64,000 nt of DNA, taken from contig JABWBA010000010.1 in assembly GCA_013360745.1 (NCBI GenBank), positions 646 through 64,645 of the forward strand, written 5' to 3'. Both the position numbers and the translations under genes were made by a program. Shown in pieces: positions 55,842-64,000 of the stretch (position 1 is its first letter; the number at the start of each line of letters is the position of its first letter). The notes under the pieces were generated by a model that did no database searches, had not been told where the DNA came from, and saw nothing but the letters and a program-made list of their open reading frames with translations. This DNA comes from Chthonomonadales bacterium (lineage in GTDB: Bacteria > Armatimonadota > Chthonomonadetes > Chthonomonadales > CAJBBX01).

Positions 55842-56309
55842 CTACTTCGTCTCCCCATCCTTGAGCATTCGAAGCATCTCGTTGATCCTCCTGGCGCGTG
55901 TGTCGGGCTGACGGGCCTCGTCGATCCATCGCAGGTAGTTCTTGCGACAGTAGGTCGTTAGCCCTTCGAACTTGCTCCGGGCATCGAGATCGGATGTAAG
56001 CGCGGCGACGATATCCTCCGCCATGTTATCCATCTGTGGCCCTTCCGGCCACAGCTCGACAACGACATCCTCACCGGTTGTGATCTCGTTATCGCGCAAG
56101 TACACCGGGCCGAGCGCGATCCATGATCCGGCGGCGTCGCTCTCTGTTTTGCCGCGCCACGGCCTCTCGGCAATCGTACCGGCGACAGAATGCCGCGATC
56201 GCTCGCCCCAGACTTCATCCGGGTCGAACGGCAGTCGGATACGGCCCGAGCGCCCTCGGCGCTCGATCTGTGCGCTAAAGCGCTGGATGTTCACGTGCAC
56301 CCCTCCCAA
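55842..56309 (-). CDS. DUF1905 + YdeI/OmpD-associated family protein
   Basis: LPFDPDEVWG, VAGTI, and F..LT...RKNYLRWIDEARQPDTRARRI. Confidence 0.85.
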   Translation of the reverse strand: MGGVHVNIQRFSAQIERRGRSGRIRLPFDPDEVWGERSRHSVAGTIAERPWRGKTESDAAGSWIALGPVYLRDNEITTGEDVVVELWPEGPQMDNMAEDIVAALTSDLDARSKFEGLTTYCRKNYLRWIDEARQPDTRARRINEMLRMLKDGETK

Positions 56310-56430
56310 TCGATACGTTTCACGTTAGGAGATACGACCTCGACCGGGGACCCGTTTCGAGCGAATCCGGCCCCCACCCCTGAAACACCGAGTAGGACGG
56401 ATCGTATCGGAGAGACGGCGACCGCCGGCC

Positions 56431-58305
56431 TCAGGCGGGCGGCGACTCGGGCGTTTCATCGGCCGATTGCAGATAGGCGAGCAGAGCCTCGGCGGCAGGC
56501 CTGCTCATCCCCTCGGTGGCGGCGATATCGTCGACGGCTGCGTCCCGAAGACGCGCCATGCTGCCGAATCGGCGCATCAGCGCTTTGGAACGGGCAGGCC
56601 CGATCCCAGGCACATCGAGCAGAGAGCTCCTTGTGAGTTTCCTGCCCTGGAGGACCATGCGGTAGGCATTGGCGAACCGATGCGCCTCGTCCCGGATCCG
56701 CTGGACCAGAAACAGGGCCTGCGAACCGCGGGGCAGGACGACGGGCGCCGGTTCGTCCGGGAGGATGAGGAGCTCGAACCGTTTGGCGAGGCCGCACAGG
56801 GGCGCTGCGACTCCGAGCTCCTCCATGACGGCCGCCGCCGAATCGACCTGCCCCTTGCCGCCGTCCACGATGATCAGGTCGGGCATAGCGGAGAACTTCG
56901 GATCTCCCTCCAGCCCCGCGCTCAAGCGGCGGCTCAGGACCTCCCCCATCATGCGCGGGTCATCGGGTCGGTCGAGGTGCATGCGGATGCGGAAACGCCG
57001 GTACTCCTGCTTCCTCATTTCACCCTTCTCGCAGACGACCATGGAGCCGACAAACGCTTCGGACTGGAAGTTCGAAATGTCGTAGCATTCGATCCGCCGA
57101 GGCGGTTCGGGCAGACGGAGGCTATCGGCGAGTTCCTGAAGCGCGACTTCGGTCTGGCTCAGCCGCGCCCGTATCTCGGCCCGCATCTGGTTCAACGCAT
57201 GCGCTGCGTTCTCCTGAGCCATCTCCACGAGCTTGCGCTTATCCCCTCGAACCGGGACGGTGATCTCGACCTTGCCCCCTCGCCGATTGCGGAGCCACGA
57301 TTCGACGATCTGCGCTTCGTCGATGTCGCACGGCAGCAGCACCTCCTGCGGCACGTCGGTCGCGGTCTGGTAGTACTGCTTCACGAACTCCTGCACCGCC
57401 TCCGCGGGCTCCGAATCGCCGTCCGCGCCGTCCAGCATGAAATAGTTCTGGCCCACGAGCTTGCCGCCCCGGATATAGAACATTTGAACGGCCGCGCCCG
57501 CATCCTCGGCGACGAAGGCGACCACGTCCTGATCGACCATGCGTGAGCTGATGACTTTCTGACGCTCCATCACCTGCTCCACAGCCAGGATCTGGTCGCG
57601 CAGTTTCGCGGCCCGCTCGAACCGGAGATCCTCCGCAGCCGCCTCCATCGCGCGCCTCAGGTCCTTGACGACGCCCTCCTGCTTGCCCGTCAGGAGGGCG
57701 ATCGCCCCCTGAACGGCCCTTGCGTACTCCTCGCGCATGTCCGGGCTATCGCCTGCGCAGGGCGCCAGGCACCGGCCCATATGATAGTAGAGACACGGCT
57801 TGCGTACCGCTCGGCCGTCGAAGCGTTTGCCGCACGTGACGATGGGGAAGATCCGCTTGATCAGATCCATCATGGCGAAGACGGCGCGGTTGCTCGTGTA
57901 CGGGCCGAAATAGCGGTTCCCATCGGCCTTGATGCGGCGGGTCATCACCAGGCGCGGATAGGGTTCGCCCGTGGTGATACAGAGGTACGGATAGTGCTTG
58001 TCATCCCGCAGCCGGACGTTGTATCGGGGTCGGTACCGCTTGATCAGATTGCATTCGAGCACCAGCGCTTCGAGCTCGCCGCCGGTCAGAATCGTCTCCA
58101 GATCCCGAACCTCCGACGCCAGACGCCGCACTTTCGGCGACAGACTGCCGCTCTTTTGAAAGTAGGACCGAACCCGGCTCCGGAGGTTCACCGCCTTGCC
58201 TACGTAGAGGACCGACCCGGCCCCGTCCTTGAAGAGGTAGCAGCCGGAACGGCTCGGGAGATCAGCCAGCTTCTCGCGAAGGGCAGCGGTCCTTGGGGTC
58301 GGCAT
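56431..58305 (-). CDS. uvrC: Excinuclease ABC subunit C
   Basis: GIY-YIG (LYVGKAVNLRSRVRSYF), UVR domain, RIECYDISN, DGGKGQ, IRDEAHRFA, HhH. Confidence 0.98.
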   Translation of the reverse strand: MPTPRTAALREKLADLPSRSGCYLFKDGAGSVLYVGKAVNLRSRVRSYFQKSGSLSPKVRRLASEVRDLETILTGGELEALVLECNLIKRYRPRYNVRLRDDKHYPYLCITTGEPYPRLVMTRRIKADGNRYFGPYTSNRAVFAMMDLIKRIFPIVTCGKRFDGRAVRKPCLYYHMGRCLAPCAGDSPDMREEYARAVQGAIALLTGKQEGVVKDLRRAMEAAAEDLRFERAAKLRDQILAVEQVMERQKVISSRMVDQDVVAFVAEDAGAAVQMFYIRGGKLVGQNYFMLDGADGDSEPAEAVQEFVKQYYQTATDVPQEVLLPCDIDEAQIVESWLRNRRGGKVEITVPVRGDKRKLVEMAQENAAHALNQMRAEIRARLSQTEVALQELADSLRLPEPPRRIECYDISNFQSEAFVGSMVVCEKGEMRKQEYRRFRIRMHLDRPDDPRMMGEVLSRRLSAGLEGDPKFSAMPDLIIVDGGKGQVDSAAAVMEELGVAAPLCGLAKRFELLILPDEPAPVVLPRGSQALFLVQRIRDEAHRFANAYRMVLQGRKLTRSSLLDVPGIGPARSKALMRRFGSMARLRDAAVDDIAATEGMSRPAAEALLAYLQSADETPESPPA

Positions 58306-58507
58306 CAGAGGTCCGACCCGTGCAGGCCTGAGGCCGATGGCGTTGTCGCCGTCGGAATCCGGGGTGTCCGGGATTCAATGTCTGGTAGAATAGCCTCCAC
58401 GGGCAGGAGGTGTTGCGCGAGTCGTCGTGATACCATTACGATCCTGTTTCGTCTCAAGAGTATTGGATACCTGTATACGTACACGATTGCCAGCCGGGGG
58501 AAGCGCA

Positions 58508-59365
58508 TTGATCCATCGTATCGTTCGAACAGCTGCGGGAGCAGGCTGCACAGCATTGGTGGCTGGTCTGCTCTCCTGCATTGCGGTCGCGGACGAAACG
58601 CTCGTCCTTGAGGTTCCTACGTCGCAGGAGTACGCGTCGTCTCAGGCGGATCGCGGCGCTCCGGAGCGGACCCGTCGACAGCAAAGCCTACCCAGCCGCC
58701 ACGCAGTCGCTCGCGCGTCGACGCGAACGGCCCAGAACGTCGTGGGCCGGCTTGGAGTAACATCGGCGGCTGCCCCCCTCTATGCCGCAGCCAATACCCG
58801 CAGTCGAATGATCGCCCGAGTCGAAGCCGGCACGTACCTTGCGATATGCGGTTCGAGCTCCGGCTGGTATGGAGCCCTGATGACCGACCGCTCCGTCGGC
58901 TGGATCCCCGCCCACACGGTCAAGATGCTCGAGTACGAAATCGTCGGCATGGGCGGCGCGCCGCGGAAGGCGACCCCCAACCTCGATAATCCCCTGCTCT
59001 CCGGCGGTCAGCGCACGATTCTCCAGACCGCCTATAGCTTCCTTGGTGTGCCCTATCGGTGGGGCGGGACATCGCCATCGGGGATGGACTGCTCGGCCTT
59101 TGTGCAGCGGTGCTTCCGAACCGTGGGCATCGAGCTTCCGCGCACCGCTCGCGAACAATACACCCGTGGGATGCCCGTGCCCGTCGCCCAGCTGCAGGCC
59201 TGCGATCGGCTGTATTTCCAGAACAAATCGGGCCGAATCACCCACACCGGCATCTATATCGGCGACGGCTATTTCATCCACTCCTCGAGCAGCCGCAAGG
59301 GCGTTGCGGTGAGCCGGCTCGATGAGACGCTCTATACGACCATGTACGCCGGAGCCCGTCGCTAG
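58508..59365 (+). CDS. SH3 + NlpC/P60 cell-wall peptidase
   Basis: PYRWGG, DCSAF, LPRTA, HTGIY and FIHSS. TTG start with a signal peptide. Confidence 0.92.
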   Translation: MIHRIVRTAAGAGCTALVAGLLSCIAVADETLVLEVPTSQEYASSQADRGAPERTRRQQSLPSRHAVARASTRTAQNVVGRLGVTSAAAPLYAAANTRSRMIARVEAGTYLAICGSSSGWYGALMTDRSVGWIPAHTVKMLEYEIVGMGGAPRKATPNLDNPLLSGGQRTILQTAYSFLGVPYRWGGTSPSGMDCSAFVQRCFRTVGIELPRTAREQYTRGMPVPVAQLQACDRLYFQNKSGRITHTGIYIGDGYFIHSSSSRKGVAVSRLDETLYTTMYAGARR

Positions 59366-60237
59366 CTCCTGAGCCTCGGGTCCAGGCTGTCCCGGACCGC
59401 GTCGCCCAGGAAGTTGAAGGCGAGCACCAGAGCGGCCAGCGCCGCAGACGGATAGAACAGCAAAGCCGGCGCCGACCGAAGGTAGGGCAGCGCATCGGCG
59501 ATCATCCGGCCCCAGCTGGGATAGGGCGGTTGGATGCCGATCCCGAGGAAGCTCAGGGTCGCCTCGGCCAGAACGACGTTGGCGATGTCCACAGTGGCGG
59601 CTACGAGGATCGGGCTCGCCATGTTGGGCAGCAGATGCCGGAGGATGATCCGACCGGAGGGAACGCCGACAGCCCGCGCAGCCTCCACGTACTCCTTTTC
59701 CCTGAGGGCGAGCGTCTGCCCCCGCACGAGCCGGGCCATCCCCGGCCAGTTCACCAGCGCAAGGGCGACGAAGACGGTGAGAAAGCTCGCGAAAGCCGAC
59801 GCCGGCCGAAGGATGCCGACGAGCATGATCGCGAACAGAATATCGGGAAACGCGAACATAGCGTCGGTGATCCGCATGAGCCCGATGTCCCACCAACCCC
59901 CTCGGTAGCCGGCGAGCAGCCCCAGCGTGATGCCGATGCAGGCCATGATCACCTCCACGATGATCCCGATCGACAGGGACACCCTCGCGCCGTAGAGGAG
60001 ACGCGCCCAGAGGTCCTGACCCTGGTGATCCGTGCCCAGGAGATGGCCGGGCATCGGGCCCGCCAGGACATGGTCCCGGCTAACCGCGTCGTAGGGATGG
60101 CCCGCCAACCACGGCGCAAACAGCGCGCCCGCGGCCATACTGACGATGACCAGTGCGCTGAGCCATGCGACGGGACTCTTGCGGAGCCGATCGAGCATGC
60201 GCCCTCCCTGGCCGGACCTCGGATCGCTCGCCGTCAT
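59362..60237 (-). CDS. Oligopeptide/dipeptide ABC permease (OppC/DppC-like)
   Basis: HLLGTD..GQD, EYVEAARAVG, EATLSFLGIG. Confidence 0.95.
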   Translation of the reverse strand: MTASDPRSGQGGRMLDRLRKSPVAWLSALVIVSMAAGALFAPWLAGHPYDAVSRDHVLAGPMPGHLLGTDHQGQDLWARLLYGARVSLSIGIIVEVIMACIGITLGLLAGYRGGWWDIGLMRITDAMFAFPDILFAIMLVGILRPASAFASFLTVFVALALVNWPGMARLVRGQTLALREKEYVEAARAVGVPSGRIILRHLLPNMASPILVAATVDIANVVLAEATLSFLGIGIQPPYPSWGRMIADALPYLRSAPALLFYPSAALAALVLAFNFLGDAVRDSLDPRLRS

Positions 60238-61166
60238 CGTGCGCCCCCGTACCGAATGCGGGGATCGACCAACGCGTAGAGCACGTCGACCACCAGGTTC
60301 ACGACGACGAACAACGCCGCGACGAGGAGGGCGACGCCCTGGATCACAGGATAGTCCCGAGCCAGGATCGAATGGACCGATTCGTAGCCGATGCCGGGGA
60401 TGCCGAAGATCGTTTCGACCACAAACGAGCCGGTCAGGAGATAACCGAAACTGCTCCCGATCGCCGTCAGAACGGGCAGGAAGGCGTTCTTCAGGGCGTG
60501 TCGTCGGATCACCTGCCCCCGGGAGAGGCCCTTCGCCATCGCGGTTCGAATGTAGTCCTGCCCGAGGACGTCGAGCATCGAGGAACGCATGAGCCGCGCC
60601 ATGAGGGCCGCAGGGCGCGCGGCCAGCACAAGCGCCGGCAGGACCCAGTAGGAGGGGCCCTCCCAGCCCGAGTCGGGCAGCCAGCCCAGCTTGAGCGCAA
60701 AGGCCAGCATCAACAGAGGCGCGAGGACAAACGGAGGCGTCGACACGAGGAGGAGCACCCCGCCCATAACGACGCGATCGATGAGCCGGTTGCGGTGCAG
60801 CGCCGCGATCACCCCGGCCGGAATCCCGAAACCGACCGCCGTGATAATCGACAGCGTCGCCAGCAGCGCCGTTGTGGGAAACTGCTCGCCGATCATCTGC
60901 GATACCGGCCGATCCCGATTGGCAAAGGACTTCCCGAGGTCACCCCTGACGGCGTGGACGACGAACCGACGGTACTGCTCCAGAGGCGGCAGATCGAGAC
61001 CGTACTCGTGCTCGAGACGCCGCCGCACGGACGGATCGCCGTGCTGGCCCATGAGCAGGTCGATGGGGCTCCCCGGCGCAAGGAACCCGAGGAAAAACGC
61101 GACCACCGAGACGCCCAGCAGGGTGGGGATCGCCAACAACAGACGGTTACCGATGTAGGGGAGCAC
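60234..61166 (-). CDS. Oligopeptide/dipeptide ABC permease (OppB/DppB-like)
   Basis: GDLGKSF, DYIRTAMAKG, VETIFGIPG, RDYPVIQG. Preferred start is GTG 61166. Confidence 0.95.
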   Translation of the reverse strand: MLPYIGNRLLLAIPTLLGVSVVAFFLGFLAPGSPIDLLMGQHGDPSVRRRLEHEYGLDLPPLEQYRRFVVHAVRGDLGKSFANRDRPVSQMIGEQFPTTALLATLSIITAVGFGIPAGVIAALHRNRLIDRVVMGGVLLLVSTPPFVLAPLLMLAFALKLGWLPDSGWEGPSYWVLPALVLAARPAALMARLMRSSMLDVLGQDYIRTAMAKGLSRGQVIRRHALKNAFLPVLTAIGSSFGYLLTGSFVVETIFGIPGIGYESVHSILARDYPVIQGVALLVAALFVVVNLVVDVLYALVDPRIRYGGAR

Positions 61167-61198
61167 GGTAGGAGGATACCAGACGGCGCCAGCCCGGA

Positions 61199-62053
61199 TC
61201 AGGCCCACTCATAGCGGATCTCGGTGATCGTACCGCGCCAGTACGGAAGCGGCCCGCTCGGAAGCATCCACACCGCCTCTCCTTCGGTGGGCACCAGAAA
61301 GCCGTCTCGATGGGCGTAACCGCTCCAGAGGCCGACCCACGGAGTCCCGATTCGCTGCCCGCCGGCAATCCTGACCCGGGACTCGCACCGGACGCTTTCC
61401 ATGAGATCGTCCGGGCCGAACGTAACGACGACCTCAGCGCTTGCTGAACCGTCCCTCAGCGTAGCCCGGGCGGCGCCGGGACCGTCCTCGCGCCATTCGA
61501 CGCCCTGGCCCGGCAGCAGAAACGTGGGGTACCACGCGCTCTCCGCGAGCAGCCGCATGAGCTCGCCGTCGTTGATGCCCGGATCCCCATCCACGCGCAT
61601 CACCGGCACAACGCCGAACGCCGAGGCCCTCAGGATCCCCCGGCCGCGCACATAGGCGTCGCGAACGCGCACGGAGAACAGCGCGCCCAGCCGGATCCGC
61701 GCGTCCCAATCGAAGCCCGGAGGTTCGAGTACGATGCGCTGGGTCGACGTGAACGGCCTCCACCGTTCACCCGTCTGGCTCATATTAAACTCCCCACGAT
61801 GGGCGACGGTGACGGCTGCGATCCTGGCCCCGCCGTCCGGTATCACGCGCCTGAGATAGCGCTGGACCGGCTCTGGCATCCTATCCATCTCGTTGCTGTT
61901 CGCGGATGCGGGCCGATCGGGCCGCGGACGGCTCTCGAGTTCGCGGCGAATGGAGGTCGTTCTGCGGGACCAGGCGATGTTGCCCAACGCGACCGACAGG
62001 ACGACGAGAACGAACAGTCCGAGAACCGCTTCGGCGGCGATGGCATGCGGCAC
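61199..62053 (-). CDS. DUF6544/DUF6920-like membrane-anchored protein
   Basis: MPEPVQRYLR, PGFDWDA, RLLAESAWYP and YWRG motifs (from recall). GTG start with RBS GGAGG. Confidence 0.75.
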   Translation of the reverse strand: MPHAIAAEAVLGLFVLVVLSVALGNIAWSRRTTSIRRELESRPRPDRPASANSNEMDRMPEPVQRYLRRVIPDGGARIAAVTVAHRGEFNMSQTGERWRPFTSTQRIVLEPPGFDWDARIRLGALFSVRVRDAYVRGRGILRASAFGVVPVMRVDGDPGINDGELMRLLAESAWYPTFLLPGQGVEWREDGPGAARATLRDGSASAEVVVTFGPDDLMESVRCESRVRIAGGQRIGTPWVGLWSGYAHRDGFLVPTEGEAVWMLPSGPLPYWRGTITEIRYEWA

Positions 62054-62206
62054 GGGGCGCACCTCCCGATGGGCTGCAAGATATGGTTCATTATGCCCTC
62101 CACACCGAGGGTCGAAGCGCCCCGCTCCGCAGGAGAGACGGGATCGGACGCCGAAGACTGGGTCAGACCGTTGCCCAGCGCTTCGCGCACGAAAGGCTAT
62201 CGAACC

Positions 62207-63574
62207 ATGGACCAGGATCCGTCCCTCCGCCTCACACGCCGTCAACTCATCCAGGGAGCCAGCGTCGCCGCCGCCTCCACGGCTCTCGCGGGCGCGGCGC
62301 TGCCCTATGTGCACGTTGCCGACGACGACACCATCCAGCTGGCGCTCGTCGGATGCGGCGGCCGGGGGACCGGTGCGGTCGGCGACGCCTTCGCGTCGGG
62401 GGTGGGTCCGCTGAAGCTGGTCGCAATGGCCGATCTCTTCGCCGACAGGCTCGAAGGGAGCGCCGGGCACCTCACGCAGGCGCTCAAAGAGAGGGCCGAT
62501 GTGCCGCCGGAGCGCCGATTTGTCGGCTTCGACGCCTATACGAGGGCGATGGACTGCCTCAAACCGGGGGATGTCGTCATCCTGGCCACGCCCCCGGCGT
62601 TTCGATGGGTGCACTACACCTACGCCATCGGCAAGGGGCTCCATGTCTTCATGGAGAAGCCGATTAGCGTCGACGGCCCTTCCTCACGCCGGATGCTGCA
62701 CCTTGCCGAACAGGGGAGCGCAAAAGGGCTGAAGGCCGGTGTTGGGCTGATGTGCCGGCATTGCGTCGCCCGAGGCGCGCTCAGCGAGCGGATCCGAGCC
62801 GGAGATATGGGCGAGATCATCCTGATGCGCGCGTACCGGATGCACGATCAGATCGGCTATTTCGCCTCCGACCCCAAGCCCGACGGCATCACGGAGATGC
62901 TCTATCAGACGCAGCGGTTCCACAGCTTTCTCTGGGCGGGCGGCGGCGCCTACAGCGACTTCTATATCCACCATATCGACGAGTGCTGCTGGATGAAGGG
63001 CGCGTGGCCGATCCAGGCCCACGCGCTGGGCGGCCGTCACTACCGCGGCAACTCGGTCGATCAGAACTTCGATATCTACTCGGTGGAGTACACCTTTCCC
63101 GACGGCACGAAACTCTACCTTGAAGGGCGGTGCATGCGGGATTGCCAGAACGCCTTCGCCAGCTACGCCCACGGCTCGAGGGGACTCGCGGTGATCTCGG
63201 AAAACGGCCACGCGCCGGCCCGTTCGCGCATCCTGAAAGGTCAGACGCGAGACAGCGCCGTCGCCTGGGCCTTTGAGGGACGGGAGCCGAGTCCGTACGT
63301 CCTCGAATGGCGCGATCTCCTCACCGCCATCAAAGACAACACCCCCTATAACGAAGTCCAGAGGGGCGCGGAGGCGAGCCTCGTCACGGTGATGGGTCGG
63401 ATGGCCGCACACACGGGCCAGACGATCACGTACGATCAGGCGCTGAATCACCCCGTGGAGCTCGCACCGAATCTGGATATGCTCCGAGCCGACTCACCCG
63501 CGCCGCTGCAAGCCGGACCGGACGGCAAGTACCCGACGCCGCAGCCGGGACGAAACGGCGATCGGGAGTTCTAG
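62207..63574 (+). CDS. Tat-exported Gfo/Idh/MocA oxidoreductase
   Basis: TRRQLI twin-arginine signal, GCGGRGTGA, EKP, HHID. Confidence 0.9.
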   Translation: MDQDPSLRLTRRQLIQGASVAAASTALAGAALPYVHVADDDTIQLALVGCGGRGTGAVGDAFASGVGPLKLVAMADLFADRLEGSAGHLTQALKERADVPPERRFVGFDAYTRAMDCLKPGDVVILATPPAFRWVHYTYAIGKGLHVFMEKPISVDGPSSRRMLHLAEQGSAKGLKAGVGLMCRHCVARGALSERIRAGDMGEIILMRAYRMHDQIGYFASDPKPDGITEMLYQTQRFHSFLWAGGGAYSDFYIHHIDECCWMKGAWPIQAHALGGRHYRGNSVDQNFDIYSVEYTFPDGTKLYLEGRCMRDCQNAFASYAHGSRGLAVISENGHAPARSRILKGQTRDSAVAWAFEGREPSPYVLEWRDLLTAIKDNTPYNEVQRGAEASLVTVMGRMAAHTGQTITYDQALNHPVELAPNLDMLRADSPAPLQAGPDGKYPTPQPGRNGDREF

Positions 63575-63602
63575 CGACGGTCCCGGATCGGCTCCGGCTC
63601 GG

Positions 63603-64000
63603 CTACGGTCCCGCCTGGAGCCGCTGCGCTCGCTGGAGGATCTCCGGCGAGGGCGCCAGGCTGATGATCCGCTCGAGGATCGCCGCGAAGTCCCCGGGAC
63701 GTTCGCCAACCGGCAGCTTCTCGGCGATCGAGACGAGCGCCGTACACGCCTCGGCCCGGGTTGCGATGGCTCGATGTAGCGCCGGGCCATCTGCATCGCG
63801 TCCCGTTGCGGTATGCCGCCAAGGGCGCCGAGGAGGGAACGACGCTCCTCGTCCCGGGTGACCAGCGGTTCGGCTTCGCGAAGGAAGCCCATCCGCACGT
63901 CCGGCGCGAGATCGCCCGACCCGGCCAGCCTGAGCGCGCCGCGCAGGCAGCGGATGCCGGCGGAGGAGGTCCCTTCCGCCCGGGCCAGCCTGAGCAGCTC
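63603..64000 (-). CDS. 3' end of a HEAT/ARM-repeat-like protein with an apparent frameshift near 63765
   Basis: Helical repeats ...LLGALGGIP...ARRYIE continue as ATRAEACTALVSIAEKL...* only after a frame change. The gene is cut by the window edge. Confidence 0.55.
   Translation of the reverse strand, partial: AAQAGPGGRDLLRRHPLPARRAQAGRVGRSRAGRADGLPSRSRTAGHPGRGASFPPRRPWRHTATGRDADGPALHRAIATRAEACTALVSIAEKLPVGERPGDFAAILERIISLAPSPEILQRAQRLQAGP

Noticed and set aside
56355-56380. GAATCCGGCCCCC resembling a tRNA 3' end or att site
   Set aside because: No GTTC T-loop, no cloverleaf, no CCA end and no integrase nearby.
58306-58507. Possible c-di-AMP (ydaO) riboswitch upstream of the NlpC/P60 gene
   Set aside because: Only GGGGGAA matches. 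The GCTGAATCC-type core and the paired stems are absent. The region is better explained as divergent promoters.

Overview
A GC-rich, densely coding bacterial chromosome segment. The secreted CAZyme and peptidase load, the many Gfo/Idh/MocA proteins and the outer-membrane beta-barrel suggest a diderm heterotroph; an Armatimonadota-like origin is my inference and is unverified. Housekeeping genes: recA, thpR, rubrerythrin, nth, pheA, accD-accA, acyP, ApbE, panBCD, an ATL protein, uvrC, an NlpC/P60 hydrolase and oppB/oppC-type permeases. They are interleaved with glycan and peptide catabolism genes: two GH99-like proteins, a CE15 esterase, a GH13-like multidomain protein, a GH2 beta-mannosidase, DUF2961/GH172, DUF1080, two PHP hydrolases, and S9, S10, M55 and metzincin peptidases. 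I found no rRNA, tRNA, CRISPR array, integrase or transposase. Most notable observations: (1) a 126-bp-period mosaic array at 22.5-22.8 kb built from three different short repeat families; (2) one of these repeats also sits in frame inside the neighbouring PHP gene; (3) a ~68-aa module resembling phage virion-protein repeats is inserted into a secreted glycosidase-like barrel; (4) a 51-aa lipoprotein missed by the ORF track follows a small beta-barrel gene; (5) an ADP-ribosylglycohydrolase fused to a beta-sandwich module lies directly after recA; (6) at least three single-base frameshifts, which are either pseudogenes or assembly errors. Family names come from motif recognition and recall, not database searches. 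Start codons were re-picked by eye using RBS and signal peptides.
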